The notes beneath the pieces are model-generated. The model searched no databases. It was not told where the DNA came from and worked only from the letters and a program-made list of their open reading frames with translations. Below, one piece after another: positions 39,918-52,890 of a stretch of DNA of 64,000 nt. The stretch is from NCBI GenBank assembly GCA_004764695.1, contig SMSO01000032.1, forward strand, positions 62,001 through 126,000, written 5' to 3'. The first letter of the stretch is position 1; every line of letters starts with the position of its first letter. This stretch comes from Schizochytrium sp. TIO01 (Eukaryota > Protista > Bigyra: Labyrinthulomycetes). A program made the position numbers and the translations under genes.

Positions 39918-41545
39918 CCAAGTGTTCTTTCCTATAAGAAGAAGAGAGAGACCTCAGAGAGCATCGATCTCCTCCCCGGCAATAGCACAAAGTGGTGCTC
40001 TTCTAACTTAAAAGCTACCAGTGCATAGCACCTGCCTAGTGCCTGGCTAGCAGGAGTTCCCACTTGGAACATCAAAAGTATAAACGTTTCGTGTCTAGAG
40101 TTCAACTTTGCCCAATTGGATCCGGCACCACGCCCATCTGCCGTCGAACTGACCGACGAGGTTCCCACTACGACGCCGAATACGCGGTCACGGCCCTCCT
40201 TTTAGGGTCCTTCTCAGACGCTGTCAGCTGTATCTACGTACCTCTGGAGAGCCACGGACTTGTTCTTCAGGTCACCAACATTCGTTCTTTGATTTTATTT
40301 GATTTGATTTGACTGATTTGTGCATATTTATTTCCGCCATTGGAGAACACTCTTTCTCTCTACATTCTCTCTCTCTCTCTCTTCAAGTTCCTTTCTCCCT
40401 ACTCAATTCGTAGTTGCGCGTAAATCACAAGAACCAGTGTCTCTCTCTCTCTCTCTCTCTCTGTCACTCTGGCTTCCTTTCCCTCTTTGCGGACCCTCTC
40501 ACCTGCACTGGATAACTGTCATATACGCAATTGGATAACAGTGCTGCATTTTTATCTTTTCCCCCCTTTTTCCCCCTTTTTCTTCTTCCTCCTCTCAGAT
40601 AGCTAATTAACTGTTGGGCGTCTTTTTCCTCTTCTTTCTTCTTTCCAAAAGCAAGAAACACTAAAAGCCCTCTACCCGAGCATAGCACAGGCTTAGAGGG
40701 AGAATGAAAAGAGGAAAAGAAAGAAACTGTTGGCGCTTTTGAAGGAACTGGTTCTTCTCTGGTTTGATCATCTTCTCTGATGCTCTGAGATTCGGGGCCC
40801 AAAAGCTTCTCCGGTAAGTCTCAAAACGCCTCTTTTACCGACCCTAATAGATCCTCTGAGGACCTATCTCAACTTCGTCTTTGCATTAGGTTACAGTAGG
40901 TTGGCTATACACCCGAGCTCTTCGAAACATCGTCGCCTGAACGAGATTGGGTGCTATGGGCTGCCTCTCAACCTATTCCCTAAGATCCCCTCCAGGCCAT
41001 TAGTTAGTCTGTGTAACCCGCTATGAATAGCAAAATCCTTTCTTTTATCACTAATAGTACCTACTTACTCCTTTTTCTAAGGTGGAAAATGAAAAGGAAG
41101 ACATGAAAAAGGAATCATTACTACCTTTCCTACGATACCAGTTAGAGCGAAAAAAAAAGAGTTTTCAACTTTGTAACACTAAATAAAAAGTAAAACTTTC
41201 ATTTACGTGTTCATATATATATATATATATGTATGTATAAAAATCTTTTTAAAATTGATTCTCAGCTCGAGAAACGATGAGTCCTATAGTTATTCGTAGG
41301 TATTGGAGTAGCATGGCTCCTCGACTACTCCTTTCTCTCTTGAAACAAACCAAGCCTTCTCACGATTGCTGAGAACCAATTCCAACTCCAAATCCCGTTC
41401 TGCTCACGACTGCTGCCGGCCTTGGCGCAGGCAGGGCTGATCGGTGATCTCCGTGGTTGCCTGGATACAGACCCATCAACTCTTTGGCACCTTGTTGACT
41501 TGCCTTTCAGGTCTTGGTTGATCAGCTCAAGAGCTAACATCCATC

Positions 41546-44185
41546 ATGGCGACCTCGTTGGCCATGGTCAGCGTACCCATGCTCGCGAGGCGCAAAGCTC
41601 GCGAGACTGAGGGAGGCACCATGTCTGCGACTGCAGCTTCATCAGCGACAGCAGGCCCAGCGGGTGTGTCATCATTTGTATCTGCGCCGCGAAAGGCACG
41701 TGCCAGCAACTCGAGGATTTCCGTGCGAGGCAAGGACTCGCAATCGGACCTCACTAACAGTGCACTTAATCTCAGTGCAAGTACAAATGCAAATGGGAAT
41801 GGGAATGGGAATGGGACCTCTATGGGAAGTCAGAACTTTCAGCAAGAGCCTGATAGCAAGAGACCCGGGGATATCTCCACAGTAAAGGCCGACGACGATA
41901 CTGAAGATGACGGCTCCAAGTCACAGGTGAAGAATGTTGCAGCAGAAGTACGCGACTTTTTAAGGGTCAACTCGAACGAACTCAATTTCTTAGCGGAGAT
42001 TCCATTTCCAAATGGCAACACTAGATGGGCTCTGTTTATGTTTCTTTGTAAGACTGAAGCCTCTGAGGCTATGCTGCTCCGGCTCAACAACCGAGGTGTT
42101 GGCAATATCAAGGATGGTCTTGGTATGGTCACCTTCATGCCAATCCAGCTCTGCCGCATTTCCACGAACCTAGCACCTAGAGACCCGCCTCGAATCATGC
42201 AGGCTACTCCTCAGACAGCAGTTGCAGCTGCTACAACACCACCGATTGCGCCGGTTCAAAACACAGAACAAGTCCCTGCAGAGGACCGAGTGCAACACAC
42301 ATCTTCAATGGAGAGTGGAGGCCTCCCCGCAGGCATGCTCAATGGTGATCTCACTGCTGCTGCGGCAGCAGCCATCAATAATGCGCGGAATGCTAGCAGT
42401 GTCAACCAGAACGAAGCTGCTGGCGAGGAGCTTGACGGAGCCCGTCCTCCGTCTCCCTCGTATATGATTCGCCCCACGAGCAAGGCCAACGAAGGTGTGG
42501 CCAATGCGCTTCGTGCTGCCTACCAGGCTGGCCTCATTACGCCCAATGAACTAGAGCAAAACAATGTGGATGGTGTCGTGGCACACAAGGACCCGAGCTC
42601 TGCGTCTCTCAATTCTTTGGTTCGGGCTGGTGAGCCCCAAGACTTTGTTGGCTCAGTGCCCACTCGCCAAAGTGACGAGAGCACCGCATCTTCGGGCGCT
42701 TCTGATGATGGGGGCGACTCAATGCAGGATATCAACCAGGCTCCAGTTCAGCCAGCCATTCCTCCACCTTTAGCTCAGCCTACGGCCGTCTTTGAGGATG
42801 AGGGTGATCACGCAATATACGAGAGTGATCCTGAACCGGAGGAGGATGTTATTGACGTGAACCAGCGACAGACCGCCAAGACAGGCTTTGAAACCATGTT
42901 TGGTCGCTTTGGTGCTACCGTTAAGAGTCGTGTGGCGGTGGACAGTGTCGTAGAGCTGGTCAATGCCTCAAGTGAATTTTCGTTTGATTATGTGGTCCTC
43001 TGTATCGTGGCTTCCGCATTGGCGTGTATTGGTCTCGTTACAGATAATGCAGTCATTATCGTCGCTTCTATGCTTGTCTCCCCCCTGATGGGCCCAATTC
43101 TGGGTTTCACCTTTGGTGTTACCCTCGTCGACTACCACATGATTCGCATCGGTCTCTTTTCTGAGTTGGCGGGTCTTTTGATTTGCATCATTGTTGGTTT
43201 CATTGGCGGTCTCTGCGCAATCCCCTTTTGCGAGGAAGCGCTGCCTAACGAGCAAATGTGGTCACGATCTTCTGGCAATGCCGTTCTTGTGGGTATCGCA
43301 ATTGCGCTGCCGTCTGGTGTTGGTGTAGCGCTCAGTGTATTGGGCAACAACACTTCCTCTTTGGTCGGTGTCGCCATTTCTGCTTCTCTGCTTCCTCCTG
43401 CGGTAAACACAGGCATCCTTTTGGCGATGGGTTGTCTCGCGAATACACGCTACCTGGACTTGGATAATATTGATCTCAACGAGGCCATTGCAGAGGGTGA
43501 CGAGGGAGATTGGCAGCTTGTCACTCTTAAGACCATCCTCGCAGGTGCAGGCTGGAGTTTTCTCCTCACACTTGCTAACATTGGCTGCATTTGGGTTGCA
43601 GGCATCTTGATGTTCAAGCTTAAGGAGGTTGTTCCTCTGGACCACAAGTCCGAATTCTGGACCGAAGACGTGCCGAACACTCGTGCGTACAATGGTGTTT
43701 TGCGTCGTAATGACCCTGAGGCCCGTGAACTCCGCAAGAAGGTCTTTGATGTCTTGAATCACCAGCAAAGCGGTACCTTGGGAAGCGGATCTGCTGTCAA
43801 TCCGAACGTCACTTTGAACACATTGCGTGCTCAAAGCACCCGCCGGAACGTTTTTGATGAGGACTTCTTCCGTCCTGACCCATCTCATGACATGACTTCG
43901 CCTCGCTCAGGCAGTTCACGTGCGCACCGCCAAGCCCATGTTCCCCATGTGCACTTTTCTAAGATCGGAAATTGGTCCGCTCGTCACCTCTTGCGGCAGC
44001 GGAGCCCTCAGCTCCAAAAGGCACATACCTCTGGTAATCTTGAGGCACTCGCTGAGGATGGATTTGATTTAAACGGTGACACTCCTCTGAACCAATTCTC
44101 AACCACATCGGAGCAGCCTCAGTCCCAGACTCAGACTCCTAGTAAGCGTCACTTCTTCTCTTCACGTCATCATGAGACTGAGTAA
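41546..44185 (+). CDS. DUF389 (TIGR00341-like) multi-pass membrane protein
   Basis: Signature motifs IGLVTDNAVIIVASMLVSPLMGPILG and SSLVGVAISASLLPPAVNTG, ~7 hydrophobic helices, long disordered N-region. Confidence 0.9.
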   Translation: MATSLAMVSVPMLARRKARETEGGTMSATAASSATAGPAGVSSFVSAPRKARASNSRISVRGKDSQSDLTNSALNLSASTNANGNGNGNGTSMGSQNFQQEPDSKRPGDISTVKADDDTEDDGSKSQVKNVAAEVRDFLRVNSNELNFLAEIPFPNGNTRWALFMFLCKTEASEAMLLRLNNRGVGNIKDGLGMVTFMPIQLCRISTNLAPRDPPRIMQATPQTAVAAATTPPIAPVQNTEQVPAEDRVQHTSSMESGGLPAGMLNGDLTAAAAAAINNARNASSVNQNEAAGEELDGARPPSPSYMIRPTSKANEGVANALRAAYQAGLITPNELEQNNVDGVVAHKDPSSASLNSLVRAGEPQDFVGSVPTRQSDESTASSGASDDGGDSMQDINQAPVQPAIPPPLAQPTAVFEDEGDHAIYESDPEPEEDVIDVNQRQTAKTGFETMFGRFGATVKSRVAVDSVVELVNASSEFSFDYVVLCIVASALACIGLVTDNAVIIVASMLVSPLMGPILGFTFGVTLVDYHMIRIGLFSELAGLLICIIVGFIGGLCAIPFCEEALPNEQMWSRSSGNAVLVGIAIALPSGVGVALSVLGNNTSSLVGVAISASLLPPAVNTGILLAMGCLANTRYLDLDNIDLNEAIAEGDEGDWQLVTLKTILAGAGWSFLLTLANIGCIWVAGILMFKLKEVVPLDHKSEFWTEDVPNTRAYNGVLRRNDPEARELRKKVFDVLNHQQSGTLGSGSAVNPNVTLNTLRAQSTRRNVFDEDFFRPDPSHDMTSPRSGSSRAHRQAHVPHVHFSKIGNWSARHLLRQRSPQLQKAHTSGNLEALAEDGFDLNGDTPLNQFSTTSEQPQSQTQTPSKRHFFSSRHHETE

Positions 44186-45080
44186 TAGCTTATATCTGGG
44201 TTGAAGAAAAGTACCCGCGAGGAAAGTAAGGTCAGCAAGAAATAAACAAACACATGTTCGCATGTGAAGCGTTTGATTGCCGTAGCTGATTTCTAGGGTT
44301 TTCTATCCTCGGCGAGAATTGCCCTCATCTTAATTACGAACCCTTTTGAGCCGCCGCTCTTGCCTACCCGTGGAATACTCTGGTGTGATCTTCCGTACAA
44401 TTTCTCTCTGGTATTGCTTCAAGCTGTCATATTTACGCGAGATAGTTTGTTTTCAGAGAGCAAGCAATTAGTCCTCAAGGGATGGAAGATAAGAAAGTCA
44501 CTGCGACTGACTCGAAAGAGTCATGATGATGATTGGTGTCACATCGCCAAAACTTTTGGCGATGCACAGAGTTCTATCGATGGACAAAATAACGGAGCTA
44601 CGAATACATAGCAAAAATAGTCCGTCCTCTCGCAACTTGCAAAACCATACTTGTGCGAAGTACTTACTCCTTATTTAAAAAAAAAAGGGTGAGAAACAAA
44701 TAATGGTAATTGAAAAGTAGTCATCCATTGTTGGGGAAATAGTCCTATTTAGCATTGGGCACATTTAAATCTACTGCTCCTTTTTCATTTCTCCTGATGT
44801 CTTCTTCCTTCGGAATGAGGCTATATCCCAACTAACATCCAACCTATAATCTAGTCTTCAAAATCTTTAAAGTACCAACGATATGTCCAGATTTTCTTTT
44901 GATTTTCTCCAGGTCCAAAATCGTAAAAACATACCCCTTTTTTTTTTTCAAGCAGTTCATCATAAAAAGTTAAATTAAACTCTAAATCCTCACTAGGTAA
45001 AGAAAGAGAAGAAAAGAGAAAAGGTAATCTTCTCCAACCCCAATCACTTTCGCGCAAAGTCTATAGTCTTTCTCATCCCG

Positions 45081-45944
45081 ATGGAGTCCTTATCACAGCC
45101 GCGGGATACTATGGAGGCACCCGCTGCGGAGCACTCTCAAAACGCTGGGGATAATGCTCCTCATGGTAGCAGTAAGCGGCCACGCAGCAAAACACTCTGC
45201 ATTGCTGTGGAGGGATGTTGTCATGGCCGCCTCGCTGATGTCTACGATGCCGTCGAGAAGCGTGGAAAACAATCAGGAAGGGCTGTCGACGTTCTCTTGA
45301 TCTGCGGTGATTTTCAAGCCGTGCGAAATCCTCAAGATCTAGCGTGCATGGCAGTCCCTGACAAGTATAAGGAAATGGGCAATTTCTACAAGTACTACAC
45401 TGGCGAACTGAAGGCTCCTATGTTAACTATCGTCATCGGGGGTAACCACGAGGCGTCAAACTATATGCAAGAATTGTTTTATGGTGGTTGGCTGGCGCCA
45501 AACATCTACTATCTTGGGCAGGCTAGTGTGGTTCGTATTGGCGGCCTACGTTTGGCTGGTCTCAGTGGCATTTTCAATGAGCGACACTACATGCAAGACT
45601 GGAAACGTCTCGAACGACCTCCATATACACCAAACAGCATGCGAAGCATTTACCATGTCAGGCCGCTTGATATTGCGCAGTTATCAATGCTTACTGGTAG
45701 ACTTGATATATTTCTCTCGCATGACTGGCCCAGTGGAATAGCGCACTATGGTAATGTCAGAGGACTCTTGGCGCGCAAAAAGTTCCTGCAGAGGGAGGTT
45801 ATGGAGAACAAGCTCGGGAGCCCGCCAAGCGCCATGCTTTTGCATCGCCTTCGACCTCATCGTTGGTTTGCAGCTCATATGCATGTCATGTTTTCGGCAC
45901 ACGTGCGCCACGAAGATTCGCCTCAAGATCCAGCTTTTTCCCAC

Positions 45945-45987
<43 letters not shown>

Positions 45988-46742
45988 CGCAGCAGCAGCA
46001 GCAGCAGCAGCAGCAGCCGCAGCAGCAGCAGGGAGTCGCTACGGAGGACTCGGCAGGAGCAGACGTGGGTGAAGAAGACCAGATGGAGGGCGAAAAAATT
46101 GTGTTGCGCAAAAAGCAAAACAGACCTGCTTCAGCCAGCATTGATGCTCAGAGCACTCGTGCATCAACAACTGAGTTTCTTGCGCTCGACAAATGCTTGC
46201 CTGGTCGAAAATATCTACAAGTTGTAGAGGTGGAGGTTCCTAACGAATCAAACACTATTAGCGAAGCAAATGAGCCAGTGAGCCTCGAGTATGATCCAGA
46301 ATGGCTTGGCATCTTGGAATTGACGCAACCATTCCTGGCAGCACCGTCTGACCAAGTCCCAACCTGGGATGCGCTTGAGAAACTTGTGAGTGCCAAAAGA
46401 ACTGAGTTGACCGCAAAATGGTCTCAAACAAATTTGCGCATTGAGCCTTCCTGGTTTGAGAAAACTGTACCTACATATGACCCTGCACGTGATCGCAATT
46501 TTCGTCGTGCTCGCGCTCCAAGGCAACAAGGCAACCCTCAGACGGATCGTTTTCTTGCCAAATTAGGACTGGAACACAGATGGCCTGTGACAATACCCTG
46601 TGGCGAGCATGCATCATCCAACGACGGGACAAAGGTTGCGCCTGAAGCAAGCGCTTCTATAGGAGGCTTAGTTGAACCTTCTTCGGCCCTACCTGCTGCT
46701 GTCGCACCGGTAGATGACAATGAAATTGATATTGACATGTAA
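45081..46742 (+). CDS. DBR1: RNA lariat debranching enzyme
   Basis: IAVEGCCHG, LLICGDFQAVRN, IGGNHEASN, RSIYHVR, FLSHDWP, WFAAHMH, FLALDKCLP, LEYDPEWL, NPQT. Confidence 0.96.
45945..46031 (+). repeat. (CAG)n repeat encoding polyQ within DBR1
   Basis: 29 codons, CAG with one CAA and two CCG interruptions. Confidence 0.95.
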
Positions 46743-48396
46743 GTGTGCTGTAGAAGAACCTAAACTAAAAATGATATTAGGAAGCAAGTTCCCACAAAAA
46801 GGAAACTAAAGAAAGAACCCTTGTCTCCTAGCGTTATCTTTCAACAAGGGAGATACATATCGAAAGGTGGACACATGATCAGAAAATGGAAAAAAATGCT
46901 TGTATCATAAGAACTGCTAGAAGGCCTGCAAATACATGAAGCATGGCAGAGAACGAAATGTGCAACGAGTTTATAGAAGAAATTGATATATTCTCCTTGC
47001 CGCAGCTCTCTTTGCCAAAACCACAAATTTGTTTAATCACTTCCGAAGAAGTTAGACCAAAAAAGAGTTTGCTCTTTTTTATGTTTTTTATTAGCAGGAA
47101 AAAAAAAGGAAGTAATCATCATTCATCATCTTCTTTATCGCTCACCACACAGATCTATTGAGATGATCGCACCGCAAGAACACGGGACCAGCAATCAAAA
47201 TATTGGCTGAGGTGTTTCCGGTTGCATTCGCAAATGGAAATGGTGAACGTGAAGTAAGGCGAGTGCAAGAGAATAATGAGAAGCATATCACTGTGAAATA
47301 AAATAGCCAGGTATATTGTATGGCCTAGGCTTGCTTTGAAGGGTCAAATTTTGAGACTGTCTCACTAATTCAATCGTGAGATGCAGAGCTGCTATGGTCC
47401 CAAATCGCATTGTTCGTTATATAGGACGATGCGCAAGCGATCTGCGACTTCTCCCCCCACACTCGTATGTGAATGGTGTGATTTTGTTTGAATGTGTGTA
47501 TTTGTCTTCTCTCGTCCCCAAAACGAAAAATAAAAGAGTTAAAAAGGATGGTCGAACCACTAGAAGCCGTCCTCGAGCCTTCCTCACCATGATGCTAAAC
47601 CAAATCGGGCTCGATTTTGATCTGGTCAACTACAATCGCCAACATCATCACGATGACTTAAAACAAGGTGCGAGGGGGTGTCGTACTCAGTTCTAAGCCT
47701 TCAGAGTATATCATCAATGCTCCTTCCACTGCACAAATTGTGGCCAGGGAGGCAGGTTTGATTGATTGATCGATGCATGTATTGCAGTTGCAACAGCCTG
47801 CATCATGAATCAACAGCCTGTATCCTTGTTACATTATAGCAGGAAACGGAGCACATTGAAAGTAAGTTGTGTTCTTGACAGAGGAATGGAACATGGGGAA
47901 GGAGAGGGCACTCAGTTGCATAGGTGAAATGGGGTAGAAAAGACAACAAAGGGAGGGGGGACTGGACGCCTGGTTTTCTGGTTTGCACATTTCAGTATAC
48001 AAGAGAACGAATGAACAACGGTGGAAACATACTCACTTGGGGGTTTGTGAGGTCAGTCCCCTTGTCATGTAAGACGGTTACATTTCGCCATTGTCGCAAT
48101 CCTCCGCATATGGTATAGCTGAATGAGCCAACTAAAGCCAGGCTTGATGGTATACTACACAGACGCCAACAAGATATTATATCTTCCAATGAAGGTTTGA
48201 TTCTGCCACTGTGAGTTTTTGCCTATGACGACTTGTACATTGCATAGAAAGTCAGCAGACAGTAGTGTGACAATGAGTCTTCACGAAAAAGGAATAGATA
48301 TCATAATTGAACGCTGCGAGGGTTTGTGTCTTTGGAAAGAGCTGTGAAAATCCCGTACGAGGGGAAAGAAGTATTTGTGCGCGTAGTGGAGCTTGT

Positions 48397-49452
48397 TTAC
48401 AAGCTGGCCTTTGAGTTAGCAGCCTTGACCTCGCCCTGAGCATCAGTGGAGTTGGTAGCGGTGTGCTCAAGCTGGTCTGCAACAGCCTGGAGCTGCTTCA
48501 CCTGCTCGGGACTGAGCTGGAGCATGGGAAGACGGTAGTTACGGTTGAGGCTGGTGATCTTCTCGTGGGTGCGAGTGCGCTTGCCAGCAATGAGGTCAAA
48601 CCAAGAGTGGTTGCATTCATCGATGATGGTCTTGGCATATGATGCAGGCATGCACTTCTCGTCAAGACCGAAGGAGTTCTGGGGCTTGCCATCGGCAACC
48701 TTGTAGTTGCGGAACCACTCACGGATGGAGTCAATAAGACCAGGGATGTGCTCTTCAACATCGTTGATGTCGTTGAGGAGAGGAGCCCAATGGTCGTTGA
48801 CGTCAATGGTAATGACTTTCCAGTCAGCCTCGCCTTCGTCAATCATGCAGAGGATGCCGAGAACCTTGACAACGCGGATGCCACCAGTGGGGACCTGGCG
48901 CATACCAATCTCGCAGACATCAAGAGGGTCGTTGTCACCACCAACACCGCAGTCCGGGTGCACGTGCTCGGGGTCCTCCCAGGTCTGGGGAAGGCAACCG
49001 TAGTTGAAGAGGCATCCAGAGGCGCCGGTCTTGAACTCACGGAGAACACCACGCTTGGAGTCCTGCTTGATAGGGGTGCCGTGCTCATCGGTGGCAATCT
49101 CAAACTTCTTCTTGGTCCACTTGGGGATCTCGCACACGAAGTGGAGGTACTCGGTGCTCTCGTGGCGAAGGGGAACATCGTGCCAGAGAGAGAGGGCCTC
49201 ACCATCAGCCTTGGCTTGGAGGCGGTAGGTGGTGGTACCTTCCTCACCGAGCTCGTGGTGCTCGATCTGGTGAGGGGGCTCACGGTGAACACGCTCCGCA
49301 GAGGAGGTAGAGTTGGAGTCGTCGTCCTCGGGCATGTTGAGGTCGAGCTTGGCGAGGAGCTGGCGGCGGAGGTCCTCATCCTGGCGGAGCTCGCGCACGA
49401 CGGTCTCCATCATCTGATCCCGCGATTGCGGCTGGCTAGAGTTAGCGCCCAT
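48397..49452 (-). CDS. Family I soluble inorganic pyrophosphatase with an N-terminal extension
   Basis: SLWHDVPL, EIPK..KFEI, IKQD, NYGCLPQTWEDP, GDNDPLDV, IDEGEADWK, WFRNYK; strong C/G-ending codon bias. Confidence 0.95.
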   Translation of the reverse strand: MGANSSQPQSRDQMMETVVRELRQDEDLRRQLLAKLDLNMPEDDDSNSTSSAERVHREPPHQIEHHELGEEGTTTYRLQAKADGEALSLWHDVPLRHESTEYLHFVCEIPKWTKKKFEIATDEHGTPIKQDSKRGVLREFKTGASGCLFNYGCLPQTWEDPEHVHPDCGVGGDNDPLDVCEIGMRQVPTGGIRVVKVLGILCMIDEGEADWKVITIDVNDHWAPLLNDINDVEEHIPGLIDSIREWFRNYKVADGKPQNSFGLDEKCMPASYAKTIIDECNHSWFDLIAGKRTRTHEKITSLNRNYRLPMLQLSPEQVKQLQAVADQLEHTATNSTDAQGEVKAANSKASL

Positions 49453-50848
49453 TTTTGTATATTGGTTTTTGGCTAGCTGTTGCTTTTTCAGTGTCCTGCG
49501 ACTGTTGTGCAGAAGGAAAGCTTTGTCAGAGCCTGTGAATCAGTGTCTGTAAAATTTCATCAAATGGTCATAGAACATTGTAACAACAAAGCATGCAAGG
49601 TATACAGTCAGTCTTCAAGTTCTCTCTTAGTTATTGCCTCCTCATCCTCCTCACTACCCTCATTTTGCTTCAAGCTTCTCGACTAAGTAGTAGTACAGTC
49701 AAGGTCTCCGCAGAATCTTCTCTCGCTTGATATCCCCAGCCCGTTCCCGCCGTGCTCAACCCTATGTGTCCACAGCCACAGACTTGGCTGAGCTGTCCTC
49801 ACAGTCCCGTGCTCTGCACGCCGCGCTCATTTCTATGATTTCTAGTAGTGCGGGGTTAGCACTCGGTGCCCCCTCGTTTTTCCTCTCCTCTTTGTCTTCA
49901 CTTAAAATATTATTCGAAACGTCTTCGAAGTGAGATCAAATAGAAAAGAAAAGACCAAAGGGTATGTATGCAGCCAACGCGTCATTGACACAGTCAGGCG
50001 ACAATTGAGGGGCCATGGTCTAAGTCTCACGAGGGTTGCTGGTCCACCATTGGCGGGCTACGAGACCTGCGTACGCTCGAGCGCTCTGGTTGCTTGGTTT
50101 GCTTCAGTGAGCCAGTCGCTCATTAAGTGACGCTTTCTTTGAAGTAAGTCATAAAAGTAGCAAGCAAGCAATCCATCTGCTCAAACCAGCCGGACTGGCG
50201 GGAGTACCTGGAGACGTTGCCAGGCGTCCACGGTGCGGTTGGGCGGCATGGGGTTGGTGCCGGGTGTCTTGTTTCTCCTTGTCGGCAGCTGCTTTCCGAG
50301 CTGCGGCCTGCGTTTGCTCCACTTACGAGTCGCGACGCTGCGCTGCGATGCGATGAGGGATTGCTTTCTTTTGCGCGCCTCTTCACAGCTCCTTTTACCT
50401 ACTTTCTTATATGCTCTACTTACTTTACCTATTTCTTCATTCTATTTGTGAGTGAGCTTAAATCCCTTTATTTTCACTTTTCTTTCTTTCTTTGTTAAAA
50501 AAAGAAAAAGAAAAAAAGTGAAAAGTACAAACAAACAAATTAATTAATTGATTGAAGAAGATGAAACTTATTTTTACGCGAACAATCGAAATTTTTATCT
50601 GTTTTCATTCATTAAAATATGTTCACTTAGTTATCCATAGCACTATAGGTCAGCCCGTCGTTCCCTCTGCTCTGCTTCCTACTTTAAAAAAGCAAAGTTA
50701 AAAATCATCAGCTACGTTATGAGTGATATGAGTCATTCATTCTTTCGGTAGTTCGTTCGTTCCTTCGCTCGCTCACTTGAAAGTTTCTCAGTCTGAGAAT
50801 TGAGGATTTCTCGCTCTTTGGTTTAGTCTTCTTCTTCTTCTTCTTAGG

Positions 50849-50880
50849 CAATGTTTCAATGTTTCAATGTTTCAATGTTT
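50849..50880. repeat. (CAATGTTT)4 minisatellite
   Basis: Four perfect 8-bp units. Confidence 0.9.
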
Positions 50881-51043
50881 CTGTCAAACAAGGAATGCTC
50901 TAACAAATTGAGTGTGTTTCCTTTCTGTCTGTCTTTCTGTAAATCTTTCTGTAAATCTTTCTTTCTTTCTTTCTGTCGGTCTGTCTGCTTTTCGGCCTTT
51001 CTTCCTCAACCAAATATGAATGGCAATTAATAACAGCACTCTC

Positions 51044-51077
<34 letters not shown>

Positions 51078-51078
51078 C
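51044..51078. repeat. (AGTT)n microsatellite
   Basis: About 8 units. Confidence 0.9.
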
Positions 51079-52890
51079 TAGCTACCTCCTCGTGCAGTCT
51101 TCCGTCTCTTTCCTGCCTGCAAAGGAGTTGACCGCGATTGATATGGTTCACGATGCGCGTTGAAACCTCATCGCGCTCCTTCGCCGCGTCGCTCTCTTAC
51201 TCAGGGCACGCCTCCAAGCAAACAAGCGACGGTCTCACTCGCTCCCTCCAAAGCCACGCCAAATTAATTCTCTGTTGCCGCTGCTTTCATCGCGAGTCTT
51301 TTGCCATTCATTACTTACACCATTCCTCTCATTCTCACTAAACATAAAAGAACAACATGACAACATTTTCACAGTTATATTATTAAATTTTAAAAATTAG
51401 ATAAATAAAAATAATGATGAGCATTTTCTCCTTTTTCTTTTCATAAATAAATCAATAAAATTAAAATTGCTTCTTCTTTTTTTTTAAGTGCTGCTTCCTC
51501 ACTGAAAACAAGCCAATAACAATGTAGCATCAAAATCTCACTCACTTCTCGAAACTCTCAATCAGCGATGATGAGCGACGAAATTCAGGCTCCAGATAAT
51601 GTGAATCAAGGCGGTATTCGCGAGCTGAAGGAGCGCTTCTTCTTCGCTGGGACCCTCACTTTCCTTCCGCGAGAGCGAGCGAATCACAAGTTTGAGCAAC
51701 TCTTTTTGCCCCGTTTTCGGTTGTCCTCCCCACTAACTACAGGAGGCGAGGCACAATTCGCAGACATGGACAGCCACAGCGATCTTCTCCAAACCCATCA
51801 TACCATGCTGCACATACATGCACTCCTCGAAAGCCCATAACTTCTCCGTCTCGATCTTCTTCTTCGCCGTGCCTTTACACGTACCTGAGTTCTTCATTCT
51901 CTGCGACGAAGGTCCCATTTCGACGCATGAATCGATCGATGGGTTCTCTTTCATGAAGTTCAAGCCGTTAATGGACGTCCACAGCATGGATGATCTTCAG
52001 ATAAGAGACCATCAGTTCGTTCGAAGGCGCTAAGAAAACCAAAGCAGCGTTGACTCAGACAGCTTTCATTCAGAGGCGCGGAAGGAAAGACAAGAGAGAC
52101 CGACCTCTTTCTTTGAAGCAGTCCTGCTCCGTTGCTTTCCACCTCTGCTCACTTAGATCTATTTGTTGTATCCACGACTGACTTTTTACTGACACGGTCC
52201 CAATCGAAAACCAGAGCAGAATAGCGAATCTCTGACGATGCTCTGAGACCTTCCGCTTCAATACAGGTAGATACATAGAGAGAGAGAGATCCACAGAGAG
52301 CTCGAAAAGCCTCCTTTTCACGAGGCCATTGATTATATCGATACACTATGCAGTCTTCCTTCGATCTGTTTCGTACAATTAAAGAGAAAAATTCATAGAT
52401 TAAAGAGAAAATTCATAGATAAGACGCCTGAACTTAGCAAGAGAATAGAACAGAACATAATAGAACAGAACAGAACAGATGACGACGTCAGAGCGCACTT
52501 TGGGGATAGAGACAGACAGAGAGGCCTCGAAAGCCTCGAAACCCACAACCTATTCACAGTTTTCAGAGACGGGCCGTGCTGCGGCTGCTGCTTCTCAACG
52601 CTAAAGCCGCAGACCTACCTAGCTGTCTGGCACCTGAGCACCGCTGTTCGGGCGCTCCGCCGTCAAGCAAACCAACTAAAGCAGAGGTGCTCCAAGAGCT
52701 CATTTCTTTACTTTCGAAATAGGCAGAATGACCGAGTGAAGCTGTTCCGTTCTGTACCGTGTGTTCTGTTCTCTAGCGCTCTTTCCTCCTCAGCCATCAG
52801 TAGGTAGGTGGTAAAGAGGCTACATCCATGTGGTAAAAGGAAGCAGGGAGGAGGTCTTGCTTTCTTTTATTTCAATTTTATTTTTAGGAA

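Noticed and set aside
48748-49476. 242-aa antisense ORF over the pyrophosphatase
   Set aside because: Mirror frame of a strongly codon-biased gene.
52379-52420. ~20-bp tandem duplication ttaaagagaaaa(a)ttcataga
   Set aside because: Simple local slippage duplication; no element lies between the copies.
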